A stretch of 61,499 nucleotides of DNA from an uncultured Candidatus Peribacteria bacterium (GTDB lineage Bacteria; Patescibacteriota; Gracilibacteria; Peribacterales; Peribacteraceae), in contig CAZDRX010000002.1 of the NCBI GenBank assembly GCA_964508225.1, forward strand, positions 9,592 through 71,090. Direction: 5' to 3'. Positions 30,935 through 39,715 of this stretch are shown here, one piece after another (position 1 is the first letter of the stretch; each line of letters begins with the position of its first letter). The position numbers and the translations under genes were made by a program. The notes under the pieces were generated by a model that was not told where the DNA came from, ran no database searches, and saw only the letters and a program-made list of their open reading frames with translations.

Positions 30935-31716
30935 GCGTGTCTGCGGGACGCGCGGTACCACGCGCGTGCGATGAGGCTGAGGTAGAGCAGGCCACCCGCC
31001 ATCTGGAGAGGGGACGGGATTTCGCTCGTGCCGAAGAGGACTTCCAGCACCTCTTCTCCGAATTCCTCTTCCTCGACGTGTGTTTCCGCCACGGTCTCCG
31101 GTGTGCCTGCGATGAGTCCGATGCCGCGCACCGAGAGCCCTGTTCCGAGCATGAGGAGGACGATCCCCGTGACGGCGAAGAAGTGCCGGAGCGAGATTCT
31201 CCGCATGCCCTTGAAGAACACCCATGCGAGGAGTGCTGCGCCCGAGATCCCGGTGATGACGCCCGAGATCGCATGGAGCATCTTCACGCCCGAGAGCATC
31301 GCGGCCTGCACCATGATGACCATCTCGGTGCCTTCGCGGGCTGTGGAGAGAAAACTCATGAGGAAGATGCCGAGTGCGCGCCCCGCCTGCATGTGCACCG
31401 ACATCTCGCGCTCCACTTCCTGTTTCATGCCGCGGCTCCTGCTCGCCATCCAGACCGTCATCCATCCGACGAGCACGGCGGCCACGATCATGACGATGCC
31501 TTCCGTCGTGGAGCGCCACGCTTCCGGCATGGTCCGGATCGACAGGTTGAGCACGACGGACAACGCGAGGCTGAATGCGGCGCCTGCGCCGAGGCCCGCC
31601 CAGACCCAGCGGTCGTACCGCGCGGTCTCCGTGCGCTTGAGGAATGCGAGCATCACGCACACGATGAGTGCGGTTTCGAAGCTCTCCCGGAGTGAAATGA
31701 TGAGTGCGGCGGTCAT
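30931..31716 (-). CDS. FTR1/EfeU-family high-affinity iron permease
   Basis: 261 aa, 7 TM helices, two REXXE motifs (LRESFE, AREGTE). Its stop overlaps the VanW stop convergently. Confidence 0.7.
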   Translation of the reverse strand: MTAALIISLRESFETALIVCVMLAFLKRTETARYDRWVWAGLGAGAAFSLALSVVLNLSIRTMPEAWRSTTEGIVMIVAAVLVGWMTVWMASRSRGMKQEVEREMSVHMQAGRALGIFLMSFLSTAREGTEMVIMVQAAMLSGVKMLHAISGVITGISGAALLAWVFFKGMRRISLRHFFAVTGIVLLMLGTGLSVRGIGLIAGTPETVAETHVEEEEFGEEVLEVLFGTSEIPSPLQMAGGLLYLSLIARAWYRASRRHA

Positions 31717-31810
31717 GAGAGGAGACGTGCGTGGATTGCGAAGCCATCCACCGCGGTCGAACCGAGCGTACGGAAAAAAAATCTCCAGCGCAAATGTTCC
31801 GAGGGATCTC

Positions 31811-33289
31811 CTACACCATCGGCAGCTTCACCGTCACGGTCGTGCCTTTACCTTCCTGACTTGCGACGCGCACGGAACCTCCCGCTTCCTCCACGACACC
31901 GCGGACGATGTAGAGCCCCAGACCGTTGCCGTCCGCCTTGTACTTGGTCGCGTTCGAGGCGCGGGCGAATTCGTCGAAGATGCGGCGCAGGTCGTTCTTG
32001 GGGATGCCGCAGCCGTGGTCAATGACGGCGAACTCCGCATACTTGCCGCTCCTCCGCGACTTCACGGTGATCGTGGCGCCGTCAGGCGAGAAGTCGATGG
32101 CGTTCGTGAGGAGCTCGCGCATCACACCCGCGATGAGTTTGGGGTCGAGCTTCATCGTGATGTTCTCCTCGAGGTCGAGAATGACGCGCTGCTTGCGGAT
32201 CGCGAGCTTGGATGCCGATTCGCGCGACATCTGTTCGAGCACCGAGGTGAGGGAGGCGAACTCCGGCTTGTATTCGATCTTTCCGGCGTGGACGAGGTCT
32301 GCACTCTTCAGTGTCTGGAGGATCTGCGAGAGCCGCTGCACGCCTTCGTGGATGTTCATGATCGTGCGCTGAATCGATGCGGGACCGTCCTCCTCCAGCT
32401 CTTCCAGCGACCAGTTGATGATCGTGAGCGGGCCGCCGAGCTGATGGAATGCGAGACGGAGGAGCCCCGTGCGCTCAATCTCGAGACGGCGGAGCTCGTC
32501 CAAGCGACGGCGCCAGAGGATGAGGGTGACTGCGGTGGCGATGCTGATGGATGCGAGCGAGAAGAGGAGCAGTGCGATCGGCGAGAAGATGCTCGTGGAG
32601 AGACTCACGTACTCGTCTGCGGCCATGTCGAAACCGAGAATAGCCACCGTCTGGCCGTTACGGTCCCTGATCGGGGCATAGCCCGAGATGGCAGGCCCCC
32701 ACTGATCGCTCGCGATATGATCATCGACGGACGGGTGGAGGAATGCGTCGTGCTCCAGCCTCGGAAACTCCGTTGCGTCGTACGGATCACCCGGAATCAT
32801 CGCTGCTTCATCGGGGTCGATGGTACTGTTTTTGTTGGTATCCAGCTCTTCGTCCGTGAGTGCGAGGTCGGCATCCGCCACCACTTCGAGCGTATGCGGC
32901 AGGTCGGTCTTGCGCATGATGTAGACGGACCGGAGGTTCGTACTCGAGTTCCGGATGGTTTGCAGCCTTTCGACGACGCTGCGGAGATCCGCCGAATTCG
33001 ACATCGTATCCTCCGCACGGATGCGATGGATCTGGGCGGCATCGAATTGCATGGATGCCATCGCAGCTGTGGAGCGGAGCTTGTCTTTCAGCTGACTCTC
33101 CATGATCGTCTGGCCGCGGTAGAAGAATGCGAATCCTGCCGCGGTGACGGCGAGCATCACGATCATCGTGATGAGGGTGGCCGGGAGGAACGGCACGATG
33201 CTCAGGAGCCAGTGGCGACGTTCGAGAGGACGGGAGGTCATGGGGTTTTGTTTTCTCTCAAGTATAGCAGAAAAACACGGCTTTCTCAA
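31811..33289 (-). CDS. Sensor histidine kinase (extracytoplasmic sensor domain plus HisKA plus HATPase_c), no adjacent response regulator
   Basis: H-box region LAFHQLGGPLT; N box NAIDFS; G1 DHGCGI; G2 GNGLGL. Two TM helices flank a roughly 180-aa sensor domain. An alternative start is ATG 33241. Confidence 0.8.
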   Translation of the reverse strand: MRKPCFSAILERKQNPMTSRPLERRHWLLSIVPFLPATLITMIVMLAVTAAGFAFFYRGQTIMESQLKDKLRSTAAMASMQFDAAQIHRIRAEDTMSNSADLRSVVERLQTIRNSSTNLRSVYIMRKTDLPHTLEVVADADLALTDEELDTNKNSTIDPDEAAMIPGDPYDATEFPRLEHDAFLHPSVDDHIASDQWGPAISGYAPIRDRNGQTVAILGFDMAADEYVSLSTSIFSPIALLLFSLASISIATAVTLILWRRRLDELRRLEIERTGLLRLAFHQLGGPLTIINWSLEELEEDGPASIQRTIMNIHEGVQRLSQILQTLKSADLVHAGKIEYKPEFASLTSVLEQMSRESASKLAIRKQRVILDLEENITMKLDPKLIAGVMRELLTNAIDFSPDGATITVKSRRSGKYAEFAVIDHGCGIPKNDLRRIFDEFARASNATKYKADGNGLGLYIVRGVVEEAGGSVRVASQEGKGTTVTVKLPMV

Positions 33290-33366
33290 TCAGGCATTGG
33301 GCTCTCTGTCGGGAAGAGTCGAACGCCTTGCGGTTATTACAAACGACTATAGAATAATTGTCCACT

Positions 33367-34491
33367 ATGACGGTTCCCCGCGGTCAGCCACCGGAAATTC
33401 TCGCCAAGGACTCGCTCCCGTATCGGCAGCACGAGCCCCAATTCCAGACGCTTCTCAGCGAAGCGCGCGACATCGGATGGATGCACAGGAGCATCCGCGA
33501 AGACGTGATGACGCAGGCGGGGATCGTCTGCGACCGCCCCGAAGGGGACGACCGCGCATCGGCATCCCGCATGTACTTCGGCCGTGCCAAGAACGTCCTC
33601 GATCAGGAATTCCATGTCGTAGGTCCCGAGATGCCCGAACTCCTCGCCGCCCAACGCTCTCTTGTCGAGCACATGCTCGCCGTCCGCTTCAGCATCGGAG
33701 AGATGGCGATGTCCGGTGTCGATCCGAAGAAGGCAGTCGACACCGCCGATATCTATCAGGAACTCATCCGGGATCTCGAGGAGCACTGCCGGGAGAACGG
33801 TCTTCCTTCGCTTCTGCCGAACCTCTACCTGCCGAGCTCGCTCTACGCGCAGCTCCGCAAGGTTCCTGCGTATGCGGAGAAGAGTCCTGCCGTCGTGGAG
33901 ATGTACAACAAGCTCACAGTGCTGTGTTCCAACCAGACCAAGCACCTTCACGGCGTGACGACGGCCATGGCGTTCCATGATATGGACAGCGAGTCGGTCG
34001 CAGCGCTCGATCTCGCTTCCGAGATCCGCAGCGTGCCGATTCTTGAGATGTGCCGCCAGAATCCTCCGTTCGCGGAAACACTCGTTGTTGCACTCTCCAA
34101 GAGCGGCAAGCATGAGCGTGTTGTCGAGATCGGCAAAGAATTCTTCCAGCAGACGGACCGTCCGTTCCTCATCGAGAAGTATCTCCGGTCCCTCATGATT
34201 CTCGGCCAGACCGACCGTGTCTTCGAGATCCTCACACAGCATGCCTCCGCGATTCCGCGTCATCACTCCGGCACCGAGAAGGCTGCCGTGGACGTGTGCA
34301 TCGAAACAGGATGGATTCTGTACGGAGAAGGCCGCTACGCGGACATCCTCACGATGATCGATGCGGCACTCTTCTACCATCTCGACCCCAAGGGAAATCC
34401 CGACATCGTCGCACTCTACCGTCAGGCGGTCGAGGAGCTGGGCGATGACGATAGGATCGCCGCCTTCAAACGAAAGATGGACGAAGCGTAG
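33367..34491 (+). CDS. Hypothetical protein (helical, possibly TPR-like)
   Basis: The track ORF starts at TTG 33358; ATG 33367 lies 11 nt after a TAGAAT box (33350-33355). No recognisable catalytic motif. Confidence 0.55.
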   Translation: MTVPRGQPPEILAKDSLPYRQHEPQFQTLLSEARDIGWMHRSIREDVMTQAGIVCDRPEGDDRASASRMYFGRAKNVLDQEFHVVGPEMPELLAAQRSLVEHMLAVRFSIGEMAMSGVDPKKAVDTADIYQELIRDLEEHCRENGLPSLLPNLYLPSSLYAQLRKVPAYAEKSPAVVEMYNKLTVLCSNQTKHLHGVTTAMAFHDMDSESVAALDLASEIRSVPILEMCRQNPPFAETLVVALSKSGKHERVVEIGKEFFQQTDRPFLIEKYLRSLMILGQTDRVFEILTQHASAIPRHHSGTEKAAVDVCIETGWILYGEGRYADILTMIDAALFYHLDPKGNPDIVALYRQAVEELGDDDRIAAFKRKMDEA

Positions 34492-34547
34492 ACACCTGTT
34501 CGTGCCTGAACATTCGTACCATTCCTGACAACATGAGGAGTATGGGG

Positions 34548-34578
34548 AGCCTTTGAAAATGCCGAAAAAAGGCTTTTG
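34548..34578 (+). terminator. Intrinsic terminator-like hairpin
   Basis: AGCCTTT, 13-nt loop, AAAGGCT followed by TTTTG. Confidence 0.4.
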
Positions 34579-34587
34579 AAACGGCTT

Positions 34588-34626
34588 TTGACATATATTG
34601 ACATATTACTAATTATATTTTAAAAT
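34588..34626 (+). promoter_or_regulatory. Promoter with tandem TTGACATAT direct repeat; TTGACA-N17-TAAAAT
   Basis: TTGACATAT at 34588-34596 and 34598-34606. The -10 box TAAAAT (34621-34626) sits exactly 17 nt after the second TTGACA. Confidence 0.5.
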
Positions 34627-34645
34627 GCTCTCCAAAGATTTTCCT

Positions 34646-35932
34646 ATGACCGAGAATCTCCCTCCAGAGCCGGCTGGTGAGCCCGTCCAGAAACCTGTGA
34701 CGGATGCCGCCATGAGCGTACACCGCTTCGAGATGCCGCTGAAGCCGACGGACGTCTACCGTGCCCTTGCCATCACGCGTGGAGACGTCGATCTGGCGAT
34801 GTTCAAGGATCAGGCAACGCAGCATGGTGACAAGCGTGCGAAGGAAGCCTCCAAGAGATACGCCGTTCCCGACGCGGGCACATCGACGGAAGTCGAGCGC
34901 GTGCACGCACTGGCAGAACGCATCCTTGGCCTTCTCAGCATGAGCCGCTACCGCCGCGGACCGATCCAGTTTGTTCAGGAAGGTAAGCCAGTTTTTCTTC
35001 AGAAAATCTCCGATGCCATTCTTCAGGAAAAGCCGGTTGAGCTCATTATGAGTTTCTACGGCCTGAAGGTTCAGAATCCGCTCAAGACGTACGGTACGGA
35101 CGGCAGCGAGGTCGACGTTTCGGAGATGGCATCACTCCTCCGTTTCTACGAAATCACGCAGGCCATCGGCAAGATGTACGGCCCCGGCGCCGAGTTTCAC
35201 ATCGCCTGTGACGGACGAAAGTACGCGGAGGCACTCGGATACACCAATGCGCAGGCCAGCGGTTACTACCGAAACTTGAATGCACTCTGTGCTGCGCTCG
35301 GAATCCAGCAGTCCGTCCACCTCCCCGACGAGGCGGATTTCTATCCTGAAGATCATCAGGAGAGAACCGCGACACATCTGCACCGTATCCGTACCGCCTA
35401 CGCGCAGAATGACCCTGCGGTCACCGGTTTCGTGACGAAGCTCCGTGCCAGTATGTGTCTCTCCATGCCTGTGAATACCGGAGAGATCGATGTTGAACAG
35501 CTGCGCTTCGCATTCTCGGCGATGACCGATACGGAGCTCTGTGCCCATTGCCCTGCCGCTCTCGAGGTCCGTCGTCACCTTCTCGATCGTTCGCTCGATT
35601 GCACCCTCAAGTACGTCGCGGTGTATGACGCCGTGAAGGAAGCGGGTGTCCTCGAGCAGATCGCACCTGCAGCGGTGCGTGCCACCGTGCATCCCAAGCC
35701 CGGACAGATCGGTTTGTATGCAGTCAATGAGCGCACCAACGACGTCTTCCCGCATCATGGACAAGGAGTCGTTCAGACGGGGGGAGCCGGTATGACCATC
35801 GATAATGTCCGCGTCCGTTTTCGCGCCGACCTCGAGCGTCAGGATCCGCAATTCTGCGCCATCTGTCTGCCGAAAGATCGTTACCCCTTCTCTGACGAAC
35901 AGCATCCTTTCCTCATTGCCCCCAACGTCTGA
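34646..35932 (+). CDS. PvcA/IsnA/Dit1-family protein (isonitrile-synthase-like, PF05141-type)
   Basis: KPVELIMSFYGLKVQNPLKTYG..VDVSE....YGPGAEFHIACDGRKYAEALGY......GYY aligns by eye with the PvcA/IsnA core (PIxFVLPAFPxKSPNPxKVLG..PDxxE...YxPGAxxxICSDGRVFSDLVGV...Y). The later VRATVHPKPGQIG...PHHG matches LRLSIHPQ...IG...PWHG. The first ATG (34625) overlaps the -10 box, so ATG 34646 is preferred. Confidence 0.5.
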   Translation: MTENLPPEPAGEPVQKPVTDAAMSVHRFEMPLKPTDVYRALAITRGDVDLAMFKDQATQHGDKRAKEASKRYAVPDAGTSTEVERVHALAERILGLLSMSRYRRGPIQFVQEGKPVFLQKISDAILQEKPVELIMSFYGLKVQNPLKTYGTDGSEVDVSEMASLLRFYEITQAIGKMYGPGAEFHIACDGRKYAEALGYTNAQASGYYRNLNALCAALGIQQSVHLPDEADFYPEDHQERTATHLHRIRTAYAQNDPAVTGFVTKLRASMCLSMPVNTGEIDVEQLRFAFSAMTDTELCAHCPAALEVRRHLLDRSLDCTLKYVAVYDAVKEAGVLEQIAPAAVRATVHPKPGQIGLYAVNERTNDVFPHHGQGVVQTGGAGMTIDNVRVRFRADLERQDPQFCAICLPKDRYPFSDEQHPFLIAPNV

Positions 35933-36954
35933 TGCTCCAGTCTCATCCCTCACAGGTCCGCTTCACGGACGAGATGACTCTCGACCGCATGCGCGATGCG
36001 ATCAGGCAGGGGCCTGATGGAATCGAGAAACAGCATCTGGTCACGGCGATGTTCGACAGGTCGAGGCTTCGCATCGGCGGCGTTCTTCATCAGTCTGCTC
36101 TCCTTCCGCCACTCGAGACGATGCAGCCGGCGGAGTGGGATGTCCTGCAGTCACAGGTCCAGTCCGCCATCACGGATGTGATTCGTCTTCTGCTGCAGAC
36201 GTTCGATCTCTCCTCCAAAGAATGGAAGAACGCACCCGCCATCTGGGAAATGCTCTCATTCGATCAGCAGGTTTTACGCAGTCCTGTCACACCGCTTCCG
36301 CAGGCTCTGCGCGGCGCAATCGATACCGTCAGGCCGATACTGGAAGTGGAAGGACTCACCGTGGATTTGGAGGAGCTTGCGAATGATCTCGATGAAGTCA
36401 TCCATCAGACTTCCGCACGTCGTAGTGTGATCGAAGGGACTCTTCGTGCCGCTACGGGAGCGGAAATCAGCGACACGCCGATTCTTCATACTGATGGTAT
36501 CCGCAATCAGGTCATCACCGGCCTCCGACAGAGGATCCATGTCGAATTGGAAGCAGCCGACCTCATTCTTGCTGAGCTTGCGAGCGAAGCAATCTGCAAA
36601 GCCTGCCATCCTCAGGAAGCAACACCGTCCTCTCCGTTCAGACTGAGCGCTGCGGATGTAACACGCGTCACAGGTGAAGAGGCGATGCACTCAAACATCG
36701 GCGATGTCTACCTCGTGCGGAGTGCCAACGTGCAGTCCCGTGGGGATCACTTCATCGTCATCACCGGAGGGCTCGTCCAGAAACCTCACGGCATGAGACC
36801 GCAGGACATGTCCTTCCCCGTCCCCGAAGGAATGATCTCACCTCTCAGCGCGTATCCGGAAAGCGAAACACTGGTCCTCCTCAAGCTCGACACCGCCTCC
36901 TCTCAGGCGTTCTACGCCGAGTTCGACGTCCCTGAACAGTTCCGCCATTCCTGA
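35932..36954 (+). CDS. Hypothetical protein (340 aa), translationally coupled to the PvcA-like gene
   Basis: TGATG stop/start overlap at 35930-35934. Coding-like composition with no recognisable domain. Confidence 0.6.
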   Translation: MLQSHPSQVRFTDEMTLDRMRDAIRQGPDGIEKQHLVTAMFDRSRLRIGGVLHQSALLPPLETMQPAEWDVLQSQVQSAITDVIRLLLQTFDLSSKEWKNAPAIWEMLSFDQQVLRSPVTPLPQALRGAIDTVRPILEVEGLTVDLEELANDLDEVIHQTSARRSVIEGTLRAATGAEISDTPILHTDGIRNQVITGLRQRIHVELEAADLILAELASEAICKACHPQEATPSSPFRLSAADVTRVTGEEAMHSNIGDVYLVRSANVQSRGDHFIVITGGLVQKPHGMRPQDMSFPVPEGMISPLSAYPESETLVLLKLDTASSQAFYAEFDVPEQFRHS

Positions 36955-36974
36955 GTTTTCTTCCCCTTCTCTTT

Positions 36975-37646
36975 ATGCCGATGCAATACATGGAACCGAG
37001 CAAGAGACCCGAAGAGCTCCTTGAGCTCATGTCGACGCCGGAGCAGCCGGCGCGCTCACGCCTCTACCGCCCAGGCTTCGATCACATGATGCGTATGCTC
37101 CCGAAGATCGACGCACGTGATCCGGATCCCGCCGAACAGGTGGAGCTCACCCGTCGCGTGATGGATTCCATCGCGCACGAAGTCACGGCACGCATCGATC
37201 AGCTCGATCTCCCGGAGATTCCGGACGGAGAATTCGGCCGCGTGATCCTCGCCATCGAAGAGCCGCAGGTGCTCGAAGGAGGAGAACTCCTCCCCGGCAC
37301 CGAAGTCGTGCTTGCGCTCTGGGGCAAGGGTTTCCAGAGCCCCGTCCATGGTCATGCTCCCGGCTACATTCACGAGGCGCTCATCAGCGGTGCATTCGAC
37401 GTTCACCTCTACAAGCAGCAGGGCAATCCTGAAGACCGTCTGGTTGTTCCGGATCGCACGATCGTACAGAGCACGCCTGAGACCTTCTACTCCCAGTTCG
37501 TGCAGGAAGTCGGACAGACCACCCGCTCCGCGCTCATCCACAATTTCACGGCCCGTGAGCCGAGCAGGAGCCTCCACTATTTGCCCGAGCACGTCCGCGA
37601 CGGCCGCAACAACCGCTTCACGGTCGTTTCCCCTTCCACGAAGTAA
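36975..37646 (+). CDS. Cupin-fold protein resembling the cysteine dioxygenase type I (CDO) family
   Basis: LALWGKGFQSPVHGHAPGYIHEALISGAF..HLY and later SALIHNF....SLHYLP resemble the CDO pattern (W.pGq.SpIHDH....G.l.E..Y ... iH.v.N....SLH.Y). Confidence 0.4.
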   Translation: MPMQYMEPSKRPEELLELMSTPEQPARSRLYRPGFDHMMRMLPKIDARDPDPAEQVELTRRVMDSIAHEVTARIDQLDLPEIPDGEFGRVILAIEEPQVLEGGELLPGTEVVLALWGKGFQSPVHGHAPGYIHEALISGAFDVHLYKQQGNPEDRLVVPDRTIVQSTPETFYSQFVQEVGQTTRSALIHNFTAREPSRSLHYLPEHVRDGRNNRFTVVSPSTK

Positions 37647-37648
37647 CG

Positions 37649-38431
37649 ATGTCTGCCACCCCTCTCATCCTCGTCTGTGACGATGCCGGCTTCGAGAGTG
37701 TCGACCGCGGGATCCGCACACTGGTCGAACACACCGGCCAGCCCGTCTCCGCCGAGTACATGATCGAGCAGGAGGGCGCGGCCGAGCGTGCGAGAGCCAT
37801 CGCCGAGATCGGCCTCGTCTCACGCGGGCTCCACTTCGAGCTCATGAACATCTCGGATGCCGACCGCTTCCGCCTCGGAAAGGAATTGCTCGCCGGTGGA
37901 CAGTTCCTCGGTGAACTTGCGCAGATTCAGCAGCGGGGAACGGCAGACGCCCGCAAGCAGCTCAGAATGTTTCAGGATACGCAGGGCATCAATCCCGCGC
38001 ACATCAGTACGCACGGCAACTTCAATACGGATGCACACGGCCGCGTGCTTCCGTGGTGGAAAGATCTCATGGAGGAGATGTTTGATGGGCAGGTGCCGCC
38101 GATGCAGCTCGATATTCCGCATGTCCGCCACAATCTCTACAGCTGGAACGTCCCTCCCACCGAGAGGCCGCCGAGAAACGAGGAGGAATTCAGCGATCAG
38201 CTCGCACTCGCGGATCTGAAGGGTCACGCCGCCGAATTCGTCATGCATCCGGCACTCGTGCGTCCGGGAGATGCGGATCTTCAGATGCTCTTCACCGCGG
38301 AGATGCGGCAGCGTGATCTCTGGTCGGCGATCAGGCTCATCAACTCCGGCGTCATCGAACGTGCAGGATTCGCGATTGTTCCGGTCGACACACTGCACAC
38401 GTCAGACGCTCAGCTGGAGAAAGCCGCCTAA
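37649..38431 (+). CDS. YdjC/ChbG-like (carbohydrate deacetylase family) protein
   Basis: N-terminal LILVCDDAGFESVDRGI, then GLHFEL, HISTHGNF and EFVMHPA, matching the YdjC family pattern (NADDFG...GI, GLHL, HxDSHxH, HPG). Confidence 0.5.
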   Translation: MSATPLILVCDDAGFESVDRGIRTLVEHTGQPVSAEYMIEQEGAAERARAIAEIGLVSRGLHFELMNISDADRFRLGKELLAGGQFLGELAQIQQRGTADARKQLRMFQDTQGINPAHISTHGNFNTDAHGRVLPWWKDLMEEMFDGQVPPMQLDIPHVRHNLYSWNVPPTERPPRNEEEFSDQLALADLKGHAAEFVMHPALVRPGDADLQMLFTAEMRQRDLWSAIRLINSGVIERAGFAIVPVDTLHTSDAQLEKAA

Positions 38432-38436
38432 GGCGC

Positions 38437-38820
38437 TTACTTGCCGCGGAGTCTGCTCAGCAGCTCCGGGTTTCTGAAGTAGCCGCTGACCGTGAGGAGA
38501 GCGAGGACGACAACGATCGGGGCGTACTCCGCAAGCGGGACGCCGTGCGTCATATTCGTGGCGAGAGCACCGCCGTAGTAACCGACCATGAGCACGAAGC
38601 CCACCGTGGAGGTCCGCGGGATGAGGAAGAGGACTCCGATGATGAGTTTGGCAGCGCCGAGCGGATACTCCATCCCCGTGATCCCCACCCTCGTGATGAA
38701 CTCGACGACCTTCGGGTCGTTCATGGGCATGATGAATTCCATCACGCCGCTGAAGAGCGTGAGCGCGGCCACGAGGATCGCGCAGGTCCAGCCGACGATG
38801 GAGGAGAGACGGAACGTCAT
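38437..38820 (-). CDS. DoxX-like small membrane protein
   Basis: 127 aa, 4 TM helices, with AAKLIIGVLFLIPRTS and GGALATN segments typical of DoxX-like proteins. Confidence 0.4.
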   Translation of the reverse strand: MTFRLSSIVGWTCAILVAALTLFSGVMEFIMPMNDPKVVEFITRVGITGMEYPLGAAKLIIGVLFLIPRTSTVGFVLMVGYYGGALATNMTHGVPLAEYAPIVVVLALLTVSGYFRNPELLSRLRGK

Positions 38821-38859
38821 AGAGAAGAGAGGAAGGGGATGGAAGAAGGATATCAGGTG

Positions 38860-39684
38860 TTACGCGGGTTTGCGGAGGAGGAATTCGTTGTTGAGGAGCC
38901 CGTTCGTGCACGTGAGGTTCTCGAGTGAGAAGCCCCGCTTCTTCGCGAAGTGGAAAATCTCGGCCACGGTGGCGTACTCGTACGGGTAGCCGCCGAGCCA
39001 GTCTTTGATATCGATCCTCCACGACATGCCGCGGCTCAAGTGATTCTTGTGTCCGCGGATCACGGTCACGGGGTTCCGGAGTGTGAGCACGTAGAGAATG
39101 CAGAGCACGCTCATGAGGAAGAAGTCGATCACGTTCTGGAGCAGCCACGGCAGCGACGAGTAAATCTTCTTCTCGATCACCCACATGGATGACGGGCCGA
39201 AGCGGCCGTCGCTGTAGAACGCGAAGCCGTCGGCTTTGTTGTAGATCGCGATGTAGGCGCAGCCCCCCGGTTTCACGAGCGAGAGCGCGTTCTCGATCGC
39301 TTTCCACATGTTGCCCGTGTGATGGAGCACACCCCACGAGTAGACGATATCGGCCTTCGGGAGTTTGCTCACGAACGCGTCATCGAGAATGGAGCCCTCG
39401 GACACAGACCAGTTCGCGGGGGAGCCCTCCTTCAGCTTCATCGCTTCATTGCAGGCTACACTCTCGGGATCGTAGTCGAAGCTGATCACCTCTTTCGCGT
39501 GCAGGCGGTGCGCGGCCACGGAGACGATGCCGCTGCCCGCGCCGATGTCGAGGAACGTCTTGCCGGTGAGATCCTGAGCCCCAAGGAAGCTCTGGAGAGA
39601 TTTCATGACGAGAGCCGTACGCTCGGGCGTGAGGTACTGCGCGTTGAACTTCTGCCAGTTGCGACCGAACGAGAACATCTTCAT
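38860..39684 (-). CDS. Class I SAM-dependent methyltransferase with a C-terminal membrane-associated extension
   Basis: Start at MKMFSFGRNW. Motif I is FLDIGAGSGIVS and post-I is ISFDYD. The upstream part of ORF 38860-39831 is Arg/Pro-rich and not coding-like. Confidence 0.7.
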   Translation of the reverse strand: MKMFSFGRNWQKFNAQYLTPERTALVMKSLQSFLGAQDLTGKTFLDIGAGSGIVSVAAHRLHAKEVISFDYDPESVACNEAMKLKEGSPANWSVSEGSILDDAFVSKLPKADIVYSWGVLHHTGNMWKAIENALSLVKPGGCAYIAIYNKADGFAFYSDGRFGPSSMWVIEKKIYSSLPWLLQNVIDFFLMSVLCILYVLTLRNPVTVIRGHKNHLSRGMSWRIDIKDWLGGYPYEYATVAEIFHFAKKRGFSLENLTCTNGLLNNEFLLRKPA

Positions 39685-39715
39685 GGCGGGCAGTGTAGCA
39701 GGGCTTTCCGGAGGC

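Noticed and set aside
29525-33352. 740-aa (minus) and 774-aa (plus) ORFs spanning the VanW, FTR1 and histidine-kinase region
   Set aside because: They cross several independently well-supported genes on the opposite strand or in another frame, and they have Arg/His/Asp-rich non-protein-like composition.
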